62,994 bases of DNA, filler included, from Globobulimina sp. (GCA_003354225.1; 43 parts of 43 records of this genome joined end to end with filler, not necessarily neighbours in it); one strand, 5' to 3'. Shown: positions 46,959 through 60,162, counted from the first letter of the whole stretch. Notes: generated by a model from the letters alone, not told the origin. Numbers and translations: made by a program.

Positions 46959-48208
46959 AAAACAATAAATTAAATAAAAAGACATCTTTGCCAGCAAAGC
47001 AGTGCCAGTTATTGTTGTAGCCACTGATCACAAATCGAATCACATCGCAGGCGTGCTCTGCTAACTTATTTCGGCGTAGATATTTGTCGACAAATATTTC
47101 AATGCATTTTGCAATTTGCAAAGTGTCCTTTTCTTTTTCAATGTCGTTGGCTAAGGCAATTAAGTCCTTTTCTTCCTGTTTGGAGATACAGACTTGAAAT
47201 ATTAACGGATTGGTGTCACTGGAAAGGATGTCAACCAATGCATTGTCAGAATCGATTAAGGCCCAATATTTGGTAAAGGATTGCAATGGATATAAGTGTT
47301 GAAATAAACGAATGAAATCTTTGCCAATATTGAGACCGGTGCCATTCCACGAAAATGAGTCGCAGTCAAATAGGCGACACACAAAACGTATTTCGTCGGT
47401 GCGAGATTCCTGCAAATCTATATGGTCATGATTCTCTATTAAACGTAAGAATAAATAGATGATCTGATGGATGAATATGCAGTTTTGATTATTTTTATTT
47501 AATTTCACCATCCATTCTAAAGGAGTGAATATGAATTTCTCCACAGATTGAGACAAATTTAAACTGTATCGGGTGACTCGATTGACATCAATATGTCGAC
47601 AGATGCATATAATCAAATCACACACAAATTTGTTTGTTAAATTCTCGTTTGAGTACCAATTCTCAGACAAGACACCATCTAAAAACCAAAATATCTGATT
47701 TAAGGAATCTGAGGTTATATATAATATATAATCATCCACCAACAATGATAATGTATGTCTTATAATCTCTTTGTTTGCAATTTTGAGATCTTTTAAATAA
47801 TTCCAGGGCTATTATTAGTAATTATTATTTACGGAAATAAATATAATAACAATATATATATATATATATATATCAACATACATAATTGCAGGATGGATTA
47901 TTATTTGTTAGTATGCAGTATAAAAGGCCCAATACAATTTGTCTATTCATGCCGGATTCGATCTGTGTGTTATTATTATTATTGACAATTATAAGTGGAA
48001 TATTAATCAATTATTTACCTGCAGTTGAAATGTGTCAAGTATCTCATTTGGTAGTCGTGCTTGTGATTTTACTCTCTTACAATGATGTAAATATTCTTTG
48101 TATGTACTCTCCAATCTTTCACATTCATTGTATGGGGAAATATGCTGCGATGTTTGATTAATACCTTTCTTTTCTGGTCTCTCAAAAAGTGAAAATTGCT
48201 GTTCCATA
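46959..48208 (-). CDS. INTS3: Integrator complex subunit 3 homologue, multi-exon
   Basis: MEQQFSLFE start; LFLRLIENH, IGKDFIRLFQHL, DVIRFVI. Confidence 0.7.
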
Positions 48209-49076
48209 ATTTGAAAAAATAAAATTCTCAAACTTCAACACGAAAGCATGCTGACAACAGAAAAAACAATTGGAAAACCTATACTTGTTTTACATTATCA
48301 AACATCTGCTGACTAAACGTTAAATNNNNNNNNNNNNNNNNNNNNNNNNNNNNNNNNNNNNNNNNNNNNTTAATTAATTAANNNNNNNNNNNNNNNNNNN
48401 NNNNNNNNNNNNNNNNNNNNNNNNNAGGCAAATTGCACGCGTCAAATGTGTGTGTGTGTGTGTCTGTGTGACGGTGTCTTATATATTATTTCTTGTTATC
48501 ATTTTGTGTTCATTATATTAATTAATCTCATGTATATATACAGTTTTATTACATATTTTTTCGATACATTTATTACATATTTTTTTTTCACTTGCAAACA
48601 CCTATTTGTTTTGAACAATGTGTGCGCTCTAATTAGTTGGTGCGGGTTATTCTTATTTCGTGTGCGGGCGGTGTGCGTTTTCTATTTTATTCGTGTGCGG
48701 GTTATATTTTTATCTTTCTAATTATAGATTTGATTTGATTTCGAAATACATACAACACACAAAAACGAATCATCCCACCCATCGAAAGATGACACAAACC
48801 ATCCAAATCCGTCTTATCTCCCACCCATCGAAAGAACAACTTGTTGTTATAAAACCTGAAAATGTAATAATTACATCGATACATTTAATATATTTCTGAA
48901 GTACTACAACCAATTAACATGTTACAATAAAATTGTTCCACTGCGACGGAAGTTGTGTTTGTTTAACCTCGTTTTAAACCGTTTATGTCAACTGCAATTA
49001 AATTTATTCCTTGCACACTTCGTCATTGCTACTAGAAAAAAAAATTATTAACGCAATAAATAAAACCAACAATATA

Positions 49077-49792
49077 TTACTTTGATTTTCGCAACAATAT
49101 ATTTTTAAACATTTTCGGAGATATTGCAATTACGTTTTCGTTATTCTGGCAATGTAAGTTTGCTCTGATTTTATTTAAAACATCGCCACAAATTATCCAA
49201 GGAATCCAATACGATTTCCGTGTCATTGACGCAAACACCTTTCTATAACTTATTTCATACAACATTGTGGCAATCAAATCAATCGATATATTCTTATCAA
49301 CACAATATTGTTGCAATTGAGTTTTATATTTCTGTTTAAGCGCAAATATTGCGGCATTATATTCATATTGAATTGCTTTTCTTTGATCAAAATTATCATA
49401 TCCATCAATAAGCTCTCTCTGTTTCCTTTCTTCATATTTTTGTTTTAATCGCGCAAAATCCCTCGCAAAATTACCATCAAATTCGTTTATTTCGTCAGCC
49501 AAAAAATTATCCCCCTCTGCTCCCAATAATTCCTTATCCAAAATATCATCTACATTCCTTTTAATATCATCCCAATCACACTCACGTTGAAACTGTTGCA
49601 CTTTTTCAAAAACGTGCATTAAAATACTGTGCTTACTGTCTGTTGCAATTAGTTTCATTTTTGTCGACCTCCGTTTTTTATTTAAGTCCTTATCATATCC
49701 ATATATAACACCTTTGGTTGCGTTTGTAATATGTGCTGGCAAACTGACTTTAATTCCACTTTTTGCTGCATCCAATGCCACAAAATAGCACC
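49077..49792 (-). CDS. C-terminus of a eukaryotic RNA-dependent RNA polymerase (RNAi-type)
   Basis: ALDAAKSG (VDxxKTG-like), SILMHVF, LYEISY, IPWIICGDVLNKIR. Confidence 0.65.
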
Positions 49793-50269
49793 NNNNNNNN
49801 NNNNNNNNNNNNNNNNNNNNNNNNNNNNNNNNNNNNTTAATTAATTAANNNNNNNNNNNNNNNNNNNNNNNNNNNNNNNNNNNNNNNNNNNNTTCAACGT
49901 CTGACCCCAATAAAAATCTGACGCTGAAAACCGGATGCTCTTAAACTGCGCACTAAGTTAATGTATGGTGAATGCATAATGGATTTCATTCTGACATTAT
50001 TGGCATTTAAACATGTACAAGTACTGGAAGTTGGAGAAAATTCAAACCGTTTCTAGATTGATGCATAACGAACTGCATTCTTATTTACAGCTAATCGTGC
50101 AGCTGGTTATGAGAACACATAATCACATATTTATACTTGATGGGTTCATAATTGGTGCATAAAAATAGAAATAATCAACAAAAAGAAACCAAAAAATCTC
50201 TCTCTCCTTCACTGAACAAAACAACAACGAACTACTCCAAACCAACAACAAACAATTACAACCACAAAG

Positions 50270-51132
50270 ATGAGCATGGATATGAACAGAGTTAATCAAT
50301 CAATCAATCAATCAATCAATTCAAAAAATTACATGATTTTATATTTTCTGGAATCACACAGTATTTTGTGTTAGCATTCTATTTGCCGTATTATTTGTAT
50401 AATCATTGTACATTCAACACTTATGTATTAACATATTATCTGATTGCTGTTGCGCTATCATATTTTGCAAATATATCCATTTGCATGAGCTTATGTTTAC
50501 ATCGTTACTTTTCTCATCAAGCATTTAAAATAAACAGATTTGGTACATTTATATTAGCCATGATTGGATCTTTAGCAAATCAAGGCGGTATTTTGTGGTG
50601 GAGCTCAAAACATATTCGGCATCATAAACATTGTGATACCCCACAAGATCCTCATTCTCCCACTCAGAGTGGATATATCTATGCATGGATATTATGGGCA
50701 TGGATTTATGATACTAATGTTGATTGGAATTATGTCCCGAGTGCATATAAAAAACCTGAGATTATATTTATAAATTATTTCCACAGTATACCGAAATTGT
50801 TAATTTGTTATCTTTTATACAAATTGAATCCTATTTATTATTTTGATGCTATTTTATTTTATTATATTTTACCATCATCATTAAGTGCATTATCTTCATT
50901 GACAGCTAATGTAGCTTTTCATCCAAAAAGGAATATTAATGACTGTATAAATGATAACGATTGTGAGTCTATTAATATACCATTGGACCCGATCGCGAAC
51001 ATATTAGGTGAGGCATACCATACTGATCATCATCATTATCCACAAAAAGCACACCGCCCTGGCTATGATTTACCATATTATTTAATATTAAGACCATTAT
51101 CAATTTTAGGAATAATATATGATTTGAAATAA
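50270..51132 (+). CDS. Delta-9-type membrane fatty acid desaturase; intron 50291-50361
   Basis: HRYFSH, WWSSKHIRHHKHCDTPQDPHSP, GEAYHTDHHHYP. Confidence 0.93.
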
Positions 51133-51359
51133 ACAATCTATGTCAGATATCCTGACATCACATTGTAAAATTTTTTTTTGATATGGCGATATTCAAAAAT
51201 ACAATATCGAATCCGTGTAAATTTGTGGATACTAATGACTCGCCAGTCACCCAAGTGAGNNNNNNNNNNNNNNNNNNNNNNNNNNNNNNNNNNNNNNNNN
51301 NNNTTAATTAATTAANNNNNNNNNNNNNNNNNNNNNNNNNNNNNNNNNNNNNNNNNNNN

Positions 51360-52253
51360 CAATAATCCCAAACAAAATGTAGCCAACGCGAACAAAGAAG
51401 TGCTCATCGAATAGGCCGCGATTTGGCTGCTTGTATGAATGTGCGTTGATATCATCATTATGTTCCCGGTGATTATGCAAAAAACGCCAATGAACACAAT
51501 GATGGATGGTGATATTAAGAAAAATTTAAATGCGCAAATATATAAAATTATAATCGATACAAATAGCATCCAAATTGACCCCGACATGTAAAACAATGCC
51601 ACGTTTAACAGAAATTGACCAAATAAAAGGTTTATGGCCAATATTATGTATATTAATTGTCGAAGGCAATAGGTTTTGAACTTGTTACGGCGGCTGAAAT
51701 GTATATTGCTTTCTATATTGTGATTGATTAAAATGGAGGAATAATAAGTGTGCGAAATGCCTGATGTTGCATTGTAACACGGAGCGAATACTAAGAGGAT
51801 CAATAAGAGTTTGGCGAGAAAGAAAAACCATGTTTGAATCCATTGATGTCGAAAATGTGAATGTTGTCCATTGTTGTCGATTTTTGTTATGGTTTGATTT
51901 TGCAATTTACGCGATATTATCATTAAAGTTCCACAGGTTATCAATATAAAGCAATATATGAAGGTACGGAAACATACATTGTACTCAAAGGAATGCACTA
52001 ATTTGTTACTTGTGTTGTATTGCTGATATACGGTGTATTGATTGTTTTTGGTTTGGTTTTGATTGTTGAAAGAATATCGCCATGGTCTGTGTTTTATGAT
52101 TGCTGGCTTTGGATTGGAGGGCGGTTTCTGATAAGAATTACTTTTGAATACACTCGATCCCGACAAGTCATAATATTTTTGGTGTTCATTTGGTGCAAAG
52201 CGACTTGTCGGAGAGGAAGTAGTAGCACTCGATTGAATCGACATTGTACCCAA
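51360..52253 (-). CDS. SLC35F/DMT-like transporter, 3' partial
   Basis: FRHQWIQTWFFF, LNVALFYMSGSIWML; multiple TM helices. Confidence 0.65.
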
Positions 52254-52465
52254 GTTTTTTACTTAAAGAAAAAACTGATTTCATCTCACAAACGTTGACG
52301 AAGTAAGTAGATGCTTTCGTCAGTTTGTGTTTTTTGTCAATAGGTACAACACCGCCATTCCACGAGAACAATCGAATTACGACACAGTCAAAACATACAA
52401 AAAACTGGTTAAGAAATTTAAATCGATCAGAATACTTTGATTAATATTGATGTATATTTCAACAA

Positions 52466-52726
52466 ACAAAGAGCATTTCATAAATAAATAAGCAATTAAC
52501 GGGATGGTGTTGCATATTTTTTGCGTTTGAAACCATACACAAACCACATCGATCTCACTCATTGCTTATTTTTATGAAATCCCATATCCATTGCAATGCT
52601 ATTGATATTATGGTTGTATGTGGATTAATTTAGTCGCATCACATCACACAAAGAGCATTTCATAAATAAATAAGTAACTAACGAGATGGTGTTGCATATT
52701 TTTTGAGTTTGAAACCATACACAAAC
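52466..52726. repeat. 79-nt direct repeat x2 (52466-52544, 52648-52726)
   Basis: Direct comparison, about 4 mismatches. Confidence 0.9.
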
Positions 52727-52964
52727 NNNNNNNNNNNNNNNNNNNNNNNNNNNNNNNNNNNNNNNNNNNNTTAATTAATTAANNNNNNNNNNNNNNNNNN
52801 NNNNNNNNNNNNNNNNNNNNNNNNNNTGATGTATTCATTAAGTGATTTGTTATTATCGGCGATTTGGTGTCATAAAAACTTTGATAATACTACTGTATTG
52901 CATGATTTAGATATATGTGTTTAATTCGACATGTTAAACACTTAATTATATTTATTGATATAAC

Positions 52965-53825
52965 ATGGATATTACACTTCGAACTTTTTCCGATGAGGCT
53001 GACAAAATACATCGCTTAATTATTCAAGGAGGAAATTTGTTAACGGCAAATAACATTCAAAATTATTTATTCAAATTAGAATCGTCCATTAAACAAATAC
53101 AAAGTATTTCACATAAAATTGCTGTAATTCATACATCATGCCAAAAAATATTCAATAAAAGAATATTAATAGACAATAAGAGTAATATGTTTGATATACA
53201 ACCTAATAATAATCAATGGGTTAAATTACATTTGTATGATAACACACACGAAGTCAGTCCTGGAATTAATATCAAAGCTATAACCGTTGAGTCGGAAGAT
53301 GATATCCCAAATATAAATATACATTGGATTAAACAACTTAATCAGTTTGCAATCAAAATAAATGGTGTTGTATTACGTGGGAATATAGGAAATATTCATA
53401 CGAATACATATAGAGATACTTCAACAAATATGGTGAATATACGAAAATGCGATCATGCCGTAAAATGCAAAAATTTATTACTGGAAAAGAAATGCAAATT
53501 CTATCATGATCCTATGGATCTAATTCAAACAGACAAACCTATCCAGTCACAAAATATTATACGTAATTTTATCAATACATCATGGTTATATACGCCCGAA
53601 AATATATCATTCAAGAATGAAAATATGAGACATTTTGGTAGTCGAAAAACTCTAAAAAGCGATATATTGTTATTAAAACAATATTCCAAAATGAAAGATG
53701 TAGTGGATAAATATAAAGATCAAACAATACATGATATTCTGGTTATTTTGGCGTTAAATCAATGTGACATGATAGGAGAACATATTGACTTTATATCACC
53801 AAAATATAAAAAATTGAATTTTTGA
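52965..53825 (+). CDS. Probable NCLDV (asfarvirus/faustovirus-like) hypothetical protein with a CCCH-like motif
   Basis: QFAIKINGVVLRGNIGNI, C....C......CKFYHDP, RNFINTSWLY, RHFGS, QTIHDILV; intronless; family recognised from memory. Confidence 0.65.
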   Translation: MDITLRTFSDEADKIHRLIIQGGNLLTANNIQNYLFKLESSIKQIQSISHKIAVIHTSCQKIFNKRILIDNKSNMFDIQPNNNQWVKLHLYDNTHEVSPGINIKAITVESEDDIPNINIHWIKQLNQFAIKINGVVLRGNIGNIHTNTYRDTSTNMVNIRKCDHAVKCKNLLLEKKCKFYHDPMDLIQTDKPIQSQNIIRNFINTSWLYTPENISFKNENMRHFGSRKTLKSDILLLKQYSKMKDVVDKYKDQTIHDILVILALNQCDMIGEHIDFISPKYKKLNF

Positions 53826-55019
53826 GGACTAAATTGAGTAATTTCTTCGCTTGAAATTACAGTGTTTAACATGTTTTGGTTTTCGTTCATCTGCTGGGTA
53901 ATTATGCGTATACTTTCTCCGATAGTTGGGATTAGTGACTGGTCCGCCTATCATATTGTTATGTCTGGAGGTGGTACTATCGTTGATCCTACTCCTGGTG
54001 TTTTGGCTACTATTGTCATTAACTTTGCTACCACATGTACTATTAATGCAAATGTTTTGGAACTTTGCAAGCACAGACGGGGAACACCCTTGCTGCGTTT
54101 CCAGATATGCAAGGCGCTGTTGTTTCAGCTGCATGTGTTGCAGGCCGGACCCACAGGGGGGCCCCATTCACCTCTTCATCTCGCCGATTGTACNNNNNNN
54201 NNNNNNNNNNNNNNNNNNNNNNNNNNNNNNNNNNNNNTTAATTAATTAANNNNNNNNNNNNNNNNNNNNNNNNNNNNNNNNNNNNNNNNNNNNAATAGAG
54301 GATATGAGTAACCTTGTCTTCCAATTACCAAAATAATAACTACATGGACCGATACTTAACACCTGGTAAAAATAGAATAGAATCATGGGTACCAGGAATC
54401 GTTACCACAATGTAAAATAAGATATAAAATAACCGAGATGTAAAATAATGCATTTGCGAATGATACAGTGGGTGTGTATGACTAGTAACACCCCCTAAGG
54501 TTTTATGTGAGACACAACAAAGAATTAATGTTGCGTTTATATTGACAAAAAATACTAATATATCGTACCAACTGGAATAATAATAGAACCTAGCAGTACT
54601 AAGTATATACCACGCGTACTGAGTCCACACATCGGAGAAGAATACCAAAAGGCAATGCTATGAATAGAGGCTTAGAATTATTATCAGAGACCTAAATACC
54701 AAATAACTAATGGCAAAAACAACATCAGGACAGGAAAGAAGCGATGAAATATGGATAGCATATTAAACGGCCAGGTCATGGGAGAATAGGATTGACGGGA
54801 GGATATGTATCACAATAAAATGTAACTACTCCAAATGTAATACAAGATAGGAATACCATAGTAGATATAAATGTAAATGACCAACAACAAAGCTTTGAGT
54901 AAATACTGAACTGAGTGGACACAACTCCAGAGCAGACCAATAAGTAGATAAATAAAGGAACGCAGCAAACACCGCGAATACCCCAAAAGCCAACAGTAAG
55001 GAATGCATCCAAAGAAAGC

Positions 55020-55660
55020 GAGATGTCTGATGACTAATATTCGCAAATAGAGATATGCTACACAGCAATATCCAGTTGTTTGCGTAGATAAGAAAAAATA
55101 CCACAGGAGGAGAATATCAGTAATAGTCAGGATCCACAGTATAATATAATCGATGAGTGTACTGACTCGCCACTATTGGTACCATTGTATAATATAACCG
55201 AAAGGTATCAGGTAATCAGAACTATAAAAAAGGAATAACAAAGATGCCTGGAGTGAGTACCATCCCTTGGTAAAACAACAATAAAATACTAGTAACGATA
55301 GGATCCACAGTATAATATAACCGAAAAGTAACCATAGAAAAGGCCAGAGAATGACGATAATGCCTGGAGTGAGTACCATTCCGTAGTAGAACAACAATAA
55401 AATACGCAAGAAACAACGATAGAAATACTAATAACATAGGGTAATGCAGCAAATAAATGACCAGGTAGTAAATGCTCCACAAATGGTCCAAAAGTAACGC
55501 CACAAATGTACCAAAGGCCACTAACATCAAATAATGTAGTTAAAAAACAGGAGTGAGATGTCTTGCGACATCCCAACATGGCAATTTATAGATGAACATT
55601 CTAACAGAATAGAATATTCGCAAATGTAGACAAGCTGCAAGGCAATGTCCTAACGTTTGC
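55020..55660. repeat. Mosaic of dispersed direct repeats in an A-rich non-coding contig
   Basis: AGGATCCACAGTATAATATAA at 55129 and 55300; ATGCCTGGAGTGAGTACCAT at 55244 and 55360. Confidence 0.8.
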
Positions 55661-55915
55661 NNNNNNNNNNNNNNNNNNNNNNNNNNNNNNNNNNNNNNNN
55701 NNNNTTAATTAATTAANNNNNNNNNNNNNNNNNNNNNNNNNNNNNNNNNNNNNNNNNNNNAGTCGTTGAGAATAAAAATACGATTGAAAAATTAGATGAA
55801 ATTTATGGATTCAACAAACCTTGTTTTCCTTGCTTTTGTTGGACCAAAGTCAAAGAAATAGACATCAAATATCACGATATTTAGATGACAGTTTGACCCT
55901 TTGCTGTTTTAGTGA

Positions 55916-56455
55916 TCATGTAATATATATTTTATCGTAATAATATGTATGTTTTATAGTAGGCTTGACCACACTGACTCTTTCATCATTTTGCTTGCTT
56001 TTTGTGTTGTTGTATTGGATGTGTATTGTATCAATCAGATAGGTTCTAAAAGGAAAGACTTCAATTCTTCGACAAAAGTTGTACATGATATTTAGAAACA
56101 AAGGCAAACACTACACGTTTTTGGAATTATTGTCTATACTCTATAGATGCATCAAATTAGCTCGCAATACACTGTATTAACTTTGAATAAAATTGTGAAC
56201 ACACCCAATAAATACGAAACTTTCCAACAGGACAGATTTTTCATAAATTGCTTTAAACGTAATTTATTCAATAGTCCATAGTTTGTGCACGTCATGTATT
56301 TGATCATTTGGAACGAAATCCAATATATCACTGATTTCAATTAGTGCATCAACCAAAATGTGGATTGGTTTATGTTCAGAGTCAGGATATAAATCGAGTT
56401 CAATTAAATAGCATGAACTTCTTGGTTTATGTCCTAAGTCGACGATTGTTAACAT
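55916..56455 (-). pseudogene. Decayed multicopy coding element; 56078-56224 is homologous to 32044-32188
   Basis: Nucleotide similarity with indels; stops and frameshifts in both copies. Confidence 0.6.
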
Positions 56456-56722
56456 TGTACTAGTTCTAGTTTGGAGAAAACGACGACATGCTATTAATTA
56501 CCGTTTTTTTGTGGTCGGATTAATCAAGCTGTTTTTACAAGAATACTTTAGTATTCTTGAAAAATGCGAGAAACTTCGAGTTTTACTGAACAAGTTTTCT
56601 CGTTTCCGCATTTCGTGTAAATATTTACAAAAACATTTTGTTTGCCTAAAGATAAACAGTTAGTTTTTAATATTAAAACCAAAAAAAAAAAAAGACAAAA
56701 TTTTAGAAATAACGTCAATATA

Positions 56723-57127
56723 TTAATTTACGATTTCAGTCAAAATATTTATTGATCGTTGTTGTGACAAATAATAATACATAACTACGCTACAAAAAAC
56801 CCCTGTAATATGCATGATGGAATGCGTAATTTGTCCGATTCGTCGATCTGTTGTAAACATCCCGACCGAATACATTGAAGCAGAAAATAGTGCAAGCATT
56901 AAATAGATCCATTTTTCTGTTTCAAAGTCAGTCAATTCGGTGTATGCTGCTATACAATGATATAAAAATAATGGCGCACTGACCATGATATCACAAGTTC
57001 GTCTCCAATCTTTTCGTGCATCTCTCCAATAATTAATGGATGTAATGACACACAATATATCCCAAATAACGAAGTCCATACAATTCCCATGCAAATACGC
57101 TGCGATGGCAGCAAATATATCCAATGA
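56723..57127 (-). CDS. Small multi-pass membrane protein, 5' partial
   Basis: TSINYWRD...WRRTCD, HSIMH. Confidence 0.7.
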   Translation of the reverse strand, partial: SLDIFAAIAAYLHGNCMDFVIWDILCVITSINYWRDARKDWRRTCDIMVSAPLFLYHCIAAYTELTDFETEKWIYLMLALFSASMYSVGMFTTDRRIGQITHSIMHITGVFCSVVMYYYLSQQRSINILTEIVN

Positions 57128-57227
57128 NNNNNNNNNNNNNNNNNNNNNNNNNNNNNNNNNNNNNNNNNNNNTTAATTAATTAANNNNNNNNNNNNNNNNN
57201 NNNNNNNNNNNNNNNNNNNNNNNNNNN

Positions 57228-58594
57228 CTATTCTGGCAATCTCCGACATCGCCACTTTGTTATACGAAGAATCCAATGGTTGGCTGTGCGATTTCATCAA
57301 CGAGCAAGGACTCACTTTGTTGGTTGCAATCATTCCGTACCAGATAAATAACGTAAAATATCAAATCGAATTACTGCATTGTTTCAAAGCCATTTGCGAC
57401 AAAACCAACACAAACACCAATGACAAAATTGGATTGAAATATATCGTGGAGGACGCCACCGCCATACAAGGCATCATTGACTTATTTGACTCACAGCATC
57501 CACAGGTTTTATATTATGCTTTTTTTTGAACATTACAATGACGAAATATATGCAATCTTTTAGGTGTCAATATTGATAATAAAATTACTGTCTGTGATCT
57601 GTTGGCATTCTCCCGAAGGTTTTGAGAAAGTGATAGATGGATTGCAGAGTTATTGCGAGATCAGCTCGAACCAATCGGTTTGGATCCCCATCATAACGGA
57701 CTTGAAAGCAATGATCGCAGAAATAAGTACCACTGAAATGATAAACGGGACACACGATCAGTTTGCCTTTGAATACGTGTTATTCTCAATGGGTTTGACC
57801 AATGCCATATTAAACTCATTCTGCAACTTAGAAGATCGCGTATCGTACAGAAAGGATTTGGAACAGCTCGGATTTGATAAGATTGTCTCCTATTTATCCG
57901 ATTTAATCATCTCAATGGAAGAGATCTTATATGGTCCATTGGACGATGACAATGACGACGCCTTTATTGACGACCCATGGATTGAGAAAATGGATCAACA
58001 TTTGGACTTATATACGGCCGTAAAGTTAAAGGATATGCGAGATTCTTCATTGGATGGCATTGATGTATCAAATCCCAAACATTTGTTCGATTTCCTGCAG
58101 CAACATTGCAGTCCGGATGGCTTTTTGAATGAATTTACGCATATTTTGCAGTGTTTGACTACAATTCCAAAGAATGCGCCTTATGTTTGGAGCACTATTG
58201 AAAAAATTGTGTCTTATTCCACTGCGCCAGCAAGGAAACAAAAGCTGAGCAGTATCATTCATCAGCAGCAGGATGAGGAGAAAGTGTATGATAATGACAG
58301 ATTGCAGCAAGACTTAATTATGTTAGAAAAGGATCCGGAACATGCTTTTCCATGTTTCGATCAATTGAAAATTATGCTGTCTCGGTATGACGCGGATTTG
58401 CGACATTTGGACACTGAATCGACGCACTATAAGGAGCAAATTGCGTTGTTCAAAGAGCAAATTACAAACTTGAAATCGCAGCTGTCTTCGCAGCAAATGA
58501 ATTTTGAAAAGTTAAGGGAAGAATATGAAACTATAAAGTATAAATATAGAGATTCGCAGACCATTAAAACACAAAAAGATTATTTTAAGTGGTT
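57228..58594 (+). CDS. Formin-type GBD/FH3 domain followed by coiled coil; intron 57506-57563
   Basis: WLCDFINEQGL, ELLHCFKAI, KLLSVIC, MGLTNAILNS..LEDRVSYR, IDVSNP..LF. Confidence 0.8.
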
Positions 58595-58694
58595 NNNNNN
58601 NNNNNNNNNNNNNNNNNNNNNNNNNNNNNNNNNNNNNNTTAATTAATTAANNNNNNNNNNNNNNNNNNNNNNNNNNNNNNNNNNNNNNNNNNNN

Positions 58695-60061
58695 ATTATA
58701 ATTCATTTTATGAAACATCCAATTTAAAAATTTTGTCTTTCCGCATTGTTTATTTTCCGATAATGTCAAATAATGATGAAATCCCAACACATCCACAATA
58801 ATATGTTTCTTACTTTTATTATCGATATCATTCAAATAAATAACAATATCACATTCAATCACTTTATTCTCCATCACAACATTCCTTTTTATTTCATAGA
58901 TATTCTCAATCCATATTTCATTTTGTTTGTATTCCAAATATAAAGAATTGATAATTATTTTCTCTATTTTTGATCCGCCATAATCACTCAGAAAATTATC
59001 TTCTAATTGTTTCACAATCTCATTATCCAACAACTCAATATTTATACCATCACAACTCAATAATTTCAGTCCTAAATTGCATCGTAATATTGATCCAATA
59101 AAGCGATTATATTTTGTATGTTTTATTATATTTTTATTTGTTAATTCCAACCATAAATATTTATAAAATTTGTTCATTAAATTAATATTAATGTTTTCAT
59201 TTTGTTTTGACACTAAATTGTTAACAAAAATGATAATAATTGCATATCCTCCACGTATTAAACAATCCATATCATTTTCATCATTGTCTCTCATTAATCC
59301 TTTGACACATTTTTCAAATATTTTATTGTCATTAAATTCAATATCATTCACAGCGTGGCACCATAAACAACCAGCAAATAATTCATTTTTCAGATTCGTT
59401 TTGCTTTCAACAATAACGTTTTCGTCAATCAATTGTACCAATTTAGTATCATTAAAATATCCATTCGATAAACTATTCAGTAACATTTCAATCAACTTAC
59501 TGTTAAAAACAGTATTTTTGTCTGAAATTATCTCATATAATTCATGCATTATACTGTTTATTGTCTGAGTAAATAATGATTTATTTCCTATTTGGGTCAA
59601 GAATGAATTATATTTCTTTGTAAATTGATCATAATCCAAAATAAAATGCATTCCATTTAAAATTATGACCAAATCCTTTGCAGAATATAAGTGAGTATGA
59701 GACAGTAAATGATTTAACAGATTTGTTAGAAAAGTGTGGTTATGAATTAATCCTTGAATTAAATGATTTATTTGATTACCTTTTAATGTATCAAAATTAA
59801 TATTATTTTCAATGTATTTCAGTATTTTATCAGTGATATTTAATGTGTTTATCGGTGAATATTTATCCTTATTTTTAATAATTGATAAACCAAAACATAA
59901 GTAAGATAATGATAAATTATTCATTGATTTATAAACTTCGTTTTTATCCATTACATTTAATAGATTTTTCCACATTAAATCACAATTCTTTTCACTTGTT
60001 ATTTGCGCCAAAATGTAAACTATTTTCCCATAACAATTAAAATCAACACTTAATAATATAC
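58695..60061 (-). CDS. Helical-repeat protein with a C-terminal RAP domain
   Basis: ECDIVI...IIVDVLGFHHY...GKTKFLNWMFHKMNY. Confidence 0.65.
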
Positions 60062-60162
60062 NNNNNNNNNNNNNNNNNNNNNNNNNNNNNNNNNNNNNNN
60101 NNNNNTTAATTAATTAANNNNNNNNNNNNNNNNNNNNNNNNNNNNNNNNNNNNNNNNNNNNA

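Noticed and set aside
54776-55579. Hydrophobic minus-strand ORFs as mitochondrial membrane genes
   Set aside because: Short ORFs occur in all three frames because of base skew; no cox, cob or nad motifs recognised
55916-56455. TAA/TAG reassignment suggested by in-frame stops
   Set aside because: Frameshifts and TGA also occur, and intact genes in the window end in TAA; pseudogene decay is simpler
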